A stretch of DNA of 32,000 nt, taken from contig JBHLKY010000008.1 in NCBI GenBank assembly GCA_048886185.1, forward strand, positions 90,001 to 122,000, written 5' to 3'. This stretch comes from Candidatus Hermodarchaeota archaeon. Its GTDB lineage: Archaea > Asgardarchaeota > Heimdallarchaeia > Hodarchaeales > Hodarchaeaceae. The notes beneath the pieces were generated by a model, which was not told the DNA's origin, searched no databases, and saw only the letters and a list, made by a program, of their open reading frames with translations. Within the stretch, counting starts at the first letter, position 1, and each line of letters starts with the position of its first letter. Positions 17,979 through 26,057 of this stretch are shown here, in pieces. The translations under genes and the position numbers were made by a program.

Positions 17979-18425
17979 TTAGAACACGTTTTCCATTATC
18001 AAAAAGGGAATTTCCATAATCTTCTCATTTAAAAGCGTGAAAATCGCCAATTTAGGAGTAGATCCTTCGCCTCTATTAGAACCAATTAACCATAAATATG
18101 GATATGGCCAAAAACACATGAAATATTGATCTCTTTGTGAAGGATAAAGGCTAGCTCCTTTAGGATGACTATGAAATATCCCTACAAGAATCTCTCCCTT
18201 TTCTTCATGGATCTGAATCTCTTTGTATAATACTTCGTAATCCACAGAAAATGTAATTTCAGAATTATCTAAATTTTTCATCAAAACAAAATTGGTAATT
18301 CTGATCTGATTGTTTTCAAAGGTTCCAAATCCAAGGCCTACAATTTCATTTTTTGGATTTTCCGAAAGGAGATGCATTATCTCACGATAAACAGTCGGTG
18401 ATAACAACACTTCCTTTATCAGCAT
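17979..18425 (-). CDS. JAMM/MPN+ (Mov34) metalloprotease
   Basis: EIVG...FHSHPKGASLYPSQRD matches the E-x(n)-HxH-x7-S-x2-D JAMM motif. Confidence 0.88.
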   Translation of the reverse strand: MLIKEVLLSPTVYREIMHLLSENPKNEIVGLGFGTFENNQIRITNFVLMKNLDNSEITFSVDYEVLYKEIQIHEEKGEILVGIFHSHPKGASLYPSQRDQYFMCFWPYPYLWLIGSNRGEGSTPKLAIFTLLNEKIMEIPFLIMENVF

Positions 18426-18516
18426 ATTGATCTCTCTTTTTTCAATCCAAAGAATGAATTTTCCAATGTAATAAAAATAGATATTGAGAATACTTCACTT
18501 CTTTTCTCGTGGATTT

Positions 18517-19902
18517 TCAGGGATAATTATATAATATTTCATGAGAGGATAATATTGTAGCTTTGTGTCCAAGCTCCTCAAGTGCACGATAATAGGCCTG
18601 TTGAGCCATTGGTTCTCCATGTAAGGCATAAACCAAGGATGGAGAGCTATACCGAACCATATCGATTAACCCATCAATTGAAGTGTGACCTGAAAATTCA
18701 AATCTTTTTACTTCTAATGATAATTTGATGTCATAATAATCTCCAAATCCATTATCAAGTGTTATATCCGTTTTACCTGAGGCAATATCCGAGCCAAGAG
18801 TTCCCTCGACCTGATATCCGACAATGTACAACCCATTAAGAGGATCATTTCCTCCAAATCGGAGATAATCATAAACTGGCCCTCCTTCAAGCATTCCTGA
18901 AGTAGTTAGAATTATACTTGGTTTGCTTTGTGTGACTAATTTTTCACGTTTACTCCCCCTCTTTCCTTTATAAGAAACTTCGTCAACTGTTCTAAGCCCT
19001 TCATGCTCGAAAGGAGTTCTATAACCTCTTTCCTCCAATTCTATGAGAATACGTGGTGAAACCCACTTTTTATTCAGATATTTTTGATAAACTGAATTCA
19101 TATCCAAGATCATTCCATCAATATAAAGGGGAAATTTATGAAGAAAAGAATCAAAATCACTAGTAAGGTATGATTGTATTTCTTGGCTTCTTCCTAACGC
19201 AAAAGATGGAATGATTGCTTTTCCTCCGCGTGAATAACACTTTAACAAAGATTTAGTTAAATTTGACGTAGCAAGTTTCCTACTACTCCCTATATTACGA
19301 TTCGCATTCGTGGTTTCAGTTAATAATACATCAATAGGATTATCTGGATCTGGGTAAACAATAGGGTCATGATAAGGAGTTTTTGCATCATTATAGTCCC
19401 CTGTATAAAAGATCAGGGTGCCTTCCCAATCAAGGAGAATTGCAGCACTACCTAAAATATGGCTTGCATCATAAAATTCAGCTGTAATTCCAGGCGCAAC
19501 CCGAAATTTTCTATGATACTCATGTGTTTTAGTCTTCGCAAGGGCGGAATGTAAGTGAGAGATACCATAATGATGTGGTCCCTCAATTTTTAAGTGATCT
19601 TTCCAGAGAATGTCCACGATATCTTTGGTAGGGGTGGTCATATGTACCTGTTCTTTATAACCAGCCCGATATAAAGCAGGAATGTACGCAGAATGATCTA
19701 TATGAGCATGAGATAGCACCACAGAAGCAATGTCTTCACAAAATTCATCTACTCCTTCTGGTGGAGTTGATAATTTACCTGTTCTACGGGGATGAAGCTC
19801 AATACCTGCATCTAAGAGGACACGTCGGTCTTCTTCATCGGAAATCATGACACAAGATTTCCCCACTGAATCCGCTGCACCGAAAACTGTAATTTCTAGC
19901 AT
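18517..19902 (-). CDS. beta-CASP metallo-beta-lactamase ribonuclease (aCPSF2/CPSF73-like, no KH domains)
   Basis: VGKSC, SHAHIDH, ASHILGSA, YTGDY, PSFALGRSQE, TSGMLEGGP, VGYQVEGTLG, FSGH and HGE motifs. Confidence 0.9.
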   Translation of the reverse strand: MLEITVFGAADSVGKSCVMISDEEDRRVLLDAGIELHPRRTGKLSTPPEGVDEFCEDIASVVLSHAHIDHSAYIPALYRAGYKEQVHMTTPTKDIVDILWKDHLKIEGPHHYGISHLHSALAKTKTHEYHRKFRVAPGITAEFYDASHILGSAAILLDWEGTLIFYTGDYNDAKTPYHDPIVYPDPDNPIDVLLTETTNANRNIGSSRKLATSNLTKSLLKCYSRGGKAIIPSFALGRSQEIQSYLTSDFDSFLHKFPLYIDGMILDMNSVYQKYLNKKWVSPRILIELEERGYRTPFEHEGLRTVDEVSYKGKRGSKREKLVTQSKPSIILTTSGMLEGGPVYDYLRFGGNDPLNGLYIVGYQVEGTLGSDIASGKTDITLDNGFGDYYDIKLSLEVKRFEFSGHTSIDGLIDMVRYSSPSLVYALHGEPMAQQAYYRALEELGHKATILSSHEILYNYP

Positions 19903-20120
19903 TTTTAATCAATTGTGGGGCCAATGAATAATTAAATTTTGTATCTTTACCTTCTGAAAACCGAAACATACTAAAAAAGTTTTTTGGGGTTTTACAAAGA
20001 GAATCAAAAGAAAAAATTTCCTCTGGTAAAGGAAAAAGTAAGTTAACTTGAGAGTTATCCAAAAAAACTGTTCCATCAAGGAAAAGTCTAAAAGGTTATT
20101 CAGATGATTAAATATACCGA

Positions 20121-20837
20121 GTGAAAATGACTGTAGATCCTCAACAAGTTCCTCTTTCAGGAATACCAATCGGCATTTTTTTAATGTTTATTGGATCATT
20201 ACTTGAATTTCCAAGCCTTTATAATCTAGGTTTTCTAATTTTTATTGTATCGGTCGTACTTGTCTTTGTTCAATGGTTAGCGAGTGGTGGCGCTGTTGAA
20301 CTTCTGAATTGGCTTCCAATGATTATGATTCTCGCAATCATTCTAACTTTAAGCAGTGATTTCGTATCCCAATCAAGTGAAACTCAAACTTTTACCTGGC
20401 CCCTAATTATCATTGTGTTAATTATTATCATTTCTTTTTTTAGTACACAGGGCGGCGATCTAAGTTTTATTATGCCTTTTTTACCAATTTTAATTGGGAT
20501 ATGTCTTTTAGGATTTGTCAGCGGGTTTTTTATCTGGAATGACCCCATTCGAGGATTGGCTTATAGTATTGGGGTATTAGGTATCCTAATAATGGTCATT
20601 TGGTTAAGAGTGCGTAAATCGCAACAAATGACTCCTGTAGCTGGGGAACGAACCCACTTAATTGGAAAAAATGGGATAACTATCTCAGCAATAACTCCCA
20701 AGCAAGAGGGGCGAATAAAATTGGGAGGAGCTATCTGGAAGGCACAATCAGATATTCCAATTGATGAAAATGAGACGATAGTAGTTGTAGGGATTGCTGA
20801 AGATCAATTAATTCTAAAAGTTAAACCTGTAAAATAG
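20121..20837 (+). CDS. NfeD-family membrane protein (multiple TM helices plus C-terminal OB fold)
   Basis: About 6 hydrophobic segments followed by LIGKNGITIS...EGRIKLGGAIWKAQS...I.ENETIVVVG. Confidence 0.8.
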   Translation: MKMTVDPQQVPLSGIPIGIFLMFIGSLLEFPSLYNLGFLIFIVSVVLVFVQWLASGGAVELLNWLPMIMILAIILTLSSDFVSQSSETQTFTWPLIIIVLIIIISFFSTQGGDLSFIMPFLPILIGICLLGFVSGFFIWNDPIRGLAYSIGVLGILIMVIWLRVRKSQQMTPVAGERTHLIGKNGITISAITPKQEGRIKLGGAIWKAQSDIPIDENETIVVVGIAEDQLILKVKPVK

Positions 20838-20926
20838 TTAGTGAAAGAGTTTTTCCGCTCAGAATTTTTATTAGAACTTCATCTAATCCCATGAATTAGT
20901 CATATATCCTTATTAAAATATATTAA

Positions 20927-21003
20927 GGGCCGGTGGTCTAGCTCGGTATGACGGCTGCCTCACACGCAGCAAATCACTAGTTCAAATCTGGTCCGGCCCA
21001 CCA
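20927..21003 (+). tRNA. tRNA-Val(CAC), intron-less, CCA encoded
   Basis: Acceptor GGGCCGG/CCGGCCC-A-CCA; anticodon arm GCTGC-CT-CAC-AC-GCAGC; T-arm ACTAG-TTCAAAT-CTGGT. Confidence 0.95.
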
Positions 21004-21030
21004 TGATTTTCTGTTAAAAGTCAATACTTT

Positions 21031-23238
21031 TTAAGAATCAAATGCTTCTAAGATATATGAGTAGATTTCCTTTTCTTCCCCTTTTGATACTTGTTGTAAT
21101 CGTCGCACAATCAATTCTGGGGTTGACTTTGCATATTTATAATAAATAGGGGTTCGATTCACTATGAGTTCTAGATCTTCGGAAAGGCCTTGAGCCTCAA
21201 TTCCATCAATTCGGAGTTTTTTCTTACTATGTTTAGCAATAAGTTGAGCCAGATGAGTCACAAATATCCCAACGGAGTCTTGAGATTGTTCTAATAAATC
21301 TAGAAAGGCTGCAATTACCCGAGCTGAAGCACCTGGTTCCGAAATACTCTCCATTTCATCAGCTAGCACAAATCGAGATTTAGGGCTCATAATCATGCGT
21401 GTTAAGGTTTGTAGTGTTGATTCAAAAGCGCCCGCGTCCATCTGCCCTGAGGTTTTTCGATAGTAATGCAATTCATTAAAACCACCAAGAACGGCCCGTT
21501 TACATGGAATAGGTAAACCCATTTGACCTAGAATTATCATTACTGCTAAAGAAACAATTAATGTCGTTTTTCCACCGCTATTTGCTCCTGAAAGAAGGAT
21601 GATGCGTTCACCATCAACACGATTAGCAATCCTGCCAATTTTTCCTGCTGCATAGGATACTGGTTCTACCTTTAAAGCCCCTCGATGTTCTTGTTGAATT
21701 AGAAACAGATTGCGTCCTTCTTCTACTAGGATCCCCGTACCCTGTCCTTCAATAAGTCGTGGGAGAACCAACTTATATGAGAGGGAGAATTTTCCTATCA
21801 TAAGAAGATAATCGAGTTCTAGCATATAATTTAATGCTGTTCTTGCTATTGACTCAAATCGCCGTAGAGATTTTGCTAGGGTCACCTTTAATTCAAATGC
21901 TTTAATTGCACGCATTTGCCGCAAATAATTTTTCATTCGATTAACTACATTGTCAACAGGATCAACAGGGTATCGCAGTTCTCTTGGAAAAATCCCCATA
22001 AGGTAATCAGTCTCATCACTTCTCAACTCCAAACTTTTGATTAGTGTTTCCTCAGCCTTAGTAATTATTTCTTCAACTGCTAGATACAGTTCATCATCCA
22101 GATACTCACGGAGCTCAGCTTTTCCACTGTCGCCAGAATATCTCTGATCTTCCTCAGACATCCCTTTAAGAAGAGCAAGGATCTTTTCTCCTTCTAAATG
22201 AACAGTTGTATCGTGAAGTTTTTTTTCTAATTCCTCATTCAAAGACAACAAGATTTCGCTCAATTTGTGTTCAAACGTTTGTTCGGCCCTTAGAAGACGG
22301 GAATATTCTTTGTTAAATCTGTGTGTTGGTTCACCTGACTCTTCAAGGTTTAAAAGCTCATTACCCATTTCTATAAGCATATCAAGATTTAATTCCCCTG
22401 TTAATACTGTTAGCTCTAAAGGAGGAAGTGTTTTAAGTAATTTGGCTAGTTCAGATATTGATTCAAGGATTTTTTTGTTCTGTGCAAAAAAATTAAGCAT
22501 TTTCTCTGGGATTATCTGAGTTAAATCATTACGTTGAGATTCCGAAATCGTAATCGTGTTGGATAATCCGTCTTCAAGTAAGAAATCTGATCCAATCCAG
22601 ATAACTTCATCATATCCTCCAATAACTTCTGAAACCTGCTCACTATCCTCAACAAAAAGAGTTTCACAATGATATCCAATCTCATTAGTTGTTATCTCTT
22701 CATAAATCTGCTTATCAGTAGTTACTATGACTCTGGATGCTGTATCAAGATGGTTGACGCGCTCCTTAAGAGATGTGAGGTTCCTGAGAAGGAGATCATA
22801 CTCTTTAAACGAATGAGGGGAGTTCTTTATCATAGATACTAATTCTTTTGCCCTTTTGGTAGTATTTTGCCTCTCTTTGATTTTATTCACAGCTGAAAAA
22901 GGTAGTGGAAAAAATAAGTACAATTTCGATCGTGAGTAGATTGTATTGGCAAATTTCGAGATAATATCAACAATTCGATTGTAAATTAGGATCGCATCTT
23001 CAGTTTTAAGAAAATTTTGAATTTGTTCACCAGTTTCTTGAAAATGGAGGTTACGACACAGGCTTAAAGCAAACTTTTCGCCAATACCCTCTATAGATGA
23101 GATTTCTGCTATTCGAGATTCTCGTAATGCGATAAGAGCAGTATTTTCACTTCCGAAATATGCCTTCAGTTTTTCCTCCACCGAAGGGCCAATTCCACGG
23201 ATGTCTCGAAGGTTACTTATACTCAAAGTAGGTTCCAT
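21031..23238 (-). CDS. Archaeal MutS-like ATPase with N-terminal helix-hairpin-helix repeats (MutS2/MutS5-type, no mismatch-recognition domain)
   Basis: HhH motifs IRGIGP and IEGIGE; domain V LSGANSGGKTT, DAGAFE, LADEMESISEPG, FVTHL. Confidence 0.85.
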   Translation of the reverse strand: MEPTLSISNLRDIRGIGPSVEEKLKAYFGSENTALIALRESRIAEISSIEGIGEKFALSLCRNLHFQETGEQIQNFLKTEDAILIYNRIVDIISKFANTIYSRSKLYLFFPLPFSAVNKIKERQNTTKRAKELVSMIKNSPHSFKEYDLLLRNLTSLKERVNHLDTASRVIVTTDKQIYEEITTNEIGYHCETLFVEDSEQVSEVIGGYDEVIWIGSDFLLEDGLSNTITISESQRNDLTQIIPEKMLNFFAQNKKILESISELAKLLKTLPPLELTVLTGELNLDMLIEMGNELLNLEESGEPTHRFNKEYSRLLRAEQTFEHKLSEILLSLNEELEKKLHDTTVHLEGEKILALLKGMSEEDQRYSGDSGKAELREYLDDELYLAVEEIITKAEETLIKSLELRSDETDYLMGIFPRELRYPVDPVDNVVNRMKNYLRQMRAIKAFELKVTLAKSLRRFESIARTALNYMLELDYLLMIGKFSLSYKLVLPRLIEGQGTGILVEEGRNLFLIQQEHRGALKVEPVSYAAGKIGRIANRVDGERIILLSGANSGGKTTLIVSLAVMIILGQMGLPIPCKRAVLGGFNELHYYRKTSGQMDAGAFESTLQTLTRMIMSPKSRFVLADEMESISEPGASARVIAAFLDLLEQSQDSVGIFVTHLAQLIAKHSKKKLRIDGIEAQGLSEDLELIVNRTPIYYKYAKSTPELIVRRLQQVSKGEEKEIYSYILEAFDS

Positions 23239-23308
23239 TCACGTTTGGTTATTAATTGGAGAATGTTAGGATTTGCCTTTTTGCCTTTTTTCCAAATTAA
23301 TTATTGAT

Positions 23309-24220
23309 TTAGATTTTTTCGATTTTTTTTGCTGCAGCGAGCTTAATGAATTCATGAACCTCAGAATAGGAACAATGATCAGAATAAGGAAAAAAATGTA
23401 CGTCAATACGTTTTTGGCGCAAGCGTGCTGCCCAACCGGTAGGGGAGATTCGTACAGCTTCAGACATTTTGTCTTGGTATTGCTTTTCTACTCCCTGAAA
23501 GTTCTCAACCATTCTACGACTACCAACAAAAATCCCTGAATCACGATCACTAGTGAAGATATCCCATTCTCCCCCAATCTCCTTATAAGTTTGGACTTTT
23601 TGATCTGATGCCCAAATTTTCACTTTCAAAGCATCACTAATTGTTTTGAGAAGTTTTTCCTTACCAATTTGATAAGAAGATATCCACACGTCTCTTGCTG
23701 GATAATTCCCTTCAGATAAAATCAATGTAATAATTTCTGAAATTATTTTTTCTCTCGTAGGAAATTGAAATAATGAATCATTACCATAAGTATAATCAAC
23801 CCAAAGATGATCTGAGCCTTGAATTAAATCGAATTCATTAAGAATTGGTGTTCCAAACCTGAAATCACCGGTATAGACTTCTTTTAATCCATCTCTTGAC
23901 TCAATGACATAAATCAAGCTACCCAAACAATGGTTTGCATCTAGGGCGTGAATAACAAAATTATCAAAGTCTAATGATTGACTGGATTTTAATGTGAGGC
24001 ATTTTTCAGGAGGGATCTCATAAAGCACCTTTATAACTGCTGCTGTTTCCTCAGAGCAAACTATTGTGGCATCAGGATCAGATAAACATGATTTGAGACC
24101 TGAGGTATGATCAGAGTGAGCGTGTGATAGGAAAAAATACCCTGAAGATTTTTTCCTTCGTACTCTTCGTTGAAATGGGAATTCATCAAAATAACTTTGA
24201 GCAATCGTTGAAAATACCAT
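23309..24220 (-). CDS. SNM1/Apollo/Artemis-like DNA-processing beta-CASP nuclease
   Basis: FFLSHAHSDHTSGL, DANHCLGS, YTGDFR, DYTY, YQIGKE, PTGW and PYSDHCSYSE motifs. Confidence 0.85.
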   Translation of the reverse strand: MVFSTIAQSYFDEFPFQRRVRRKKSSGYFFLSHAHSDHTSGLKSCLSDPDATIVCSEETAAVIKVLYEIPPEKCLTLKSSQSLDFDNFVIHALDANHCLGSLIYVIESRDGLKEVYTGDFRFGTPILNEFDLIQGSDHLWVDYTYGNDSLFQFPTREKIISEIITLILSEGNYPARDVWISSYQIGKEKLLKTISDALKVKIWASDQKVQTYKEIGGEWDIFTSDRDSGIFVGSRRMVENFQGVEKQYQDKMSEAVRISPTGWAARLRQKRIDVHFFPYSDHCSYSEVHEFIKLAAAKKIEKI

Positions 24221-24485
24221 TTAACTTCTCCAATCTGGCATAATACCTTATTTAGGGTTTAGGAATTATCTTTACATGATTTGACGAATACAATCTTTTT
24301 TCTTAATGTTATAAGACATGAAATCGTTTTTGAGATATCCACTCTTATAACGGGATTAAAATATATTAATTTTGGTCAACAATAAAATATTACTGTTTAT
24401 ATTTATTGAATCATGATGTAGGAGGAGAGGATTGTTAATAATATCAACTTGGTCAAATGAAAAAAGGATAGAAAAAACTTTTGAT

Positions 24486-24662
24486 TGCGCCTAATAGTTA
24501 GGAATCTCTGTTTCCGGGTTCGGAATGAGACCGGGTGTAACCCAGGCCCTTTGGCCGAGCAATACTCAGCTTTTCGATTTTCCCGATGGCTCGCGCACAA
24601 CAGTACAGACCGAAACGGAACCTAACTTAACTTCCGGCAGAGATTCGCAGGTTATTGGCGCA
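24486..24662 (-). ncRNA. Predicted precursor of the permuted 5S rRNA: complementary leader and trailer forming a processing stem with a BHB-like motif
   Basis: In transcript orientation, leader GAAUCUCUG (24646..24638) pairs with trailer CAGAGAUUC (24510..24502), and UGCGCC (24662..24657) pairs with GGCGCA (24491..24486). The central helix is CCGG/CCGG with AAG and AAA 3-nt bulges. A TATA-like element lies near 24712..24720 and T-tracts follow downstream. Confidence 0.75.
24512..24631 (-). rRNA. rrf: 5S rRNA gene, circularly permuted (3' half 24631..24564, ATT linker 24563..24561, 5' half 24560..24512)
   Basis: Conserved ACACCCGGUCUCAUUCCGAACCCGGAA (helix III/loop C) and GUUAAG...CUGUACUG...GCGAGC...GGGAAA (loop E/helix IV) are both present but in swapped order. 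Helix I GCUCGGC/GCUGAGU is closed by AUU. Total length 120 nt. Confidence 0.9.
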
Positions 24663-24745
24663 CAACAGATGTAGTTGCAGCTACAACCTGATAGGAGCGC
24701 ATTCAAGAGTCTTTAAATATTATCCGTTAACCTGAGATTTTTAGA

Positions 24746-25558
24746 ATGAATTGGTCAGAATGGCAGAAAAGCTACTATCAGATAATTGAGCAATTAGATT
24801 TCGATATTGAGGCTGATAAAAAAGCAAGAAATCTATTAGAGAAATATTTTATCAAGTTAAATCCAATCACAAAATATCAAATCTTCGAAAAGCTGAAAAC
24901 TACTCTTCTAGAACCTATAATAATTGCTGGAGCAGGCCCTTCTTTGAAAAGAGATTTTTCAAATCTCTTTTTAGGGTTTTATAAAAACAAAATTTTAACT
25001 AAGTTTCGGACAATAGCTGTGGATGGTGCAACAGCATTATTCAAACAAAATAAAATTATTCCATCAATAGTAGTAACTGATCTTGATGGTGATTTGACAG
25101 CGATTAGATGGGCTATCGAAAAAGGTGCTTTAACATTAATTCATGCCCATGGTGACAATCAACAACAGCTTTCTTTGTTTATTGACAAATATAATGAAAT
25201 AATTGTAAACAATAATGTATGGGGAACTACTCAGTGTAAACCAAGACATATTCTCTTTAATTTTGGAGGATTTACAGACGGTGATAGAGCAATCTTCTTA
25301 GCATTTCACTTTCAATCTCCTCTGATCTGCCTAATTGGCTTCGATTTTGGTACTCAAATCGGTGAATATAGTACTCTCAACTCTCCGATAAAGAAAGAAC
25401 GAAAGAAGAAGCTTGAAAAATTCCAAATTGCCCTTAACTTACTATCAAACTTTCAATCTCAACACCGAGGGCTTCGCTACAATATGACATATCAAGGGGA
25501 AGAAATTTCAGGATTTCTAAAACTATCTATTTCTGACTTCCTCCAGAATTTAATTTAA
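24746..25558 (+). CDS. mptE: 6-hydroxymethyl-7,8-dihydropterin pyrophosphokinase MptE (DUF115)
   Basis: W..Y..I...L.FD...D..A, AGAGPSL, AVDGAT, VVTDLDG, IHAHGDN, NFGGFTDGDRA and LIGFDFG motifs. Confidence 0.88.
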   Translation: MNWSEWQKSYYQIIEQLDFDIEADKKARNLLEKYFIKLNPITKYQIFEKLKTTLLEPIIIAGAGPSLKRDFSNLFLGFYKNKILTKFRTIAVDGATALFKQNKIIPSIVVTDLDGDLTAIRWAIEKGALTLIHAHGDNQQQLSLFIDKYNEIIVNNNVWGTTQCKPRHILFNFGGFTDGDRAIFLAFHFQSPLICLIGFDFGTQIGEYSTLNSPIKKERKKKLEKFQIALNLLSNFQSQHRGLRYNMTYQGEEISGFLKLSISDFLQNLI

Positions 25559-26057
25559 TTGTGTAGCTAGCCCAATAAATAGGTGTTTCCCATATCGAAA
25601 TTGTGATTGCTCCAATTCTTTCCCAAAAAATTTCTTTTCTTAACTTTTCTTCAATTTTTTCCCCTAATAATCGCGTTAATGCCTCTGTAGTGACATTAGT
25701 ACAGCTCAGTAACTGAATTTCTGCCCTTGGAATAGAATAGAATCGTTCACCATATATAATTTCCATATTTTCCTTGTTTTTACGCATTTTCATGTTCTTA
25801 TTCTTTGATGGAATCAACACATAATGATCCCATTCAGTTACAATCTGGATAAGAAGTTTCTCTAAAAAAATAAAGTCGATAATCAAATCATTATTATCTG
25901 GGATCCCTTCGATCTCCATTTCAACTAAATAATTGTGACCATGAAGACCTTCTTCATAATGATCTAAAATAAGTGCGTGTGAGGCACTAAAATGAACAGA
26001 AAGTTTGTCGATGGCAACAGAACTCGATCTACGTTTCTTGCTCAATACATAAATCAA
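25527..26057 (-). CDS. 6-pyruvoyl-tetrahydropterin synthase family (COG0720), PTPS-III-type ExxHGH signature
   Basis: FSASH...YEEGLHGHNY, IDF..L, WDH, NVTTEAL and IWET motifs; no catalytic Cys before HGH. Confidence 0.85.
   Translation of the reverse strand: MIYVLSKKRRSSSVAIDKLSVHFSASHALILDHYEEGLHGHNYLVEMEIEGIPDNNDLIIDFIFLEKLLIQIVTEWDHYVLIPSKNKNMKMRKNKENMEIIYGERFYSIPRAEIQLLSCTNVTTEALTRLLGEKIEEKLRKEIFWERIGAITISIWETPIYWASYTIKLNSGGSQK

Noticed and set aside
19835-20169. Two short minus-strand ORFs (75 and 86 aa)
   Set aside because: They overlap neighbouring genes and promoter DNA, and their F/L/K-rich composition is typical of non-coding AT-rich sequence.
24403-24600. 65-aa minus-strand ORF (MCASHRENRK...)
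   Set aside because: It is a reading frame through the 5S rRNA sequence and its terminator region, with no protein features.
24486-24662. Alternative readings of the 5S locus: a normal gene with an intron, or remnants of two tandem 5S copies
   Set aside because: An intron would keep the 5'-then-3' order. Tandem remnants would not explain the 3-nt spacer, the complementary flanks, or cut sites that restore the exact consensus. Misassembly is unlikely for the same reasons but needs read-level confirmation.
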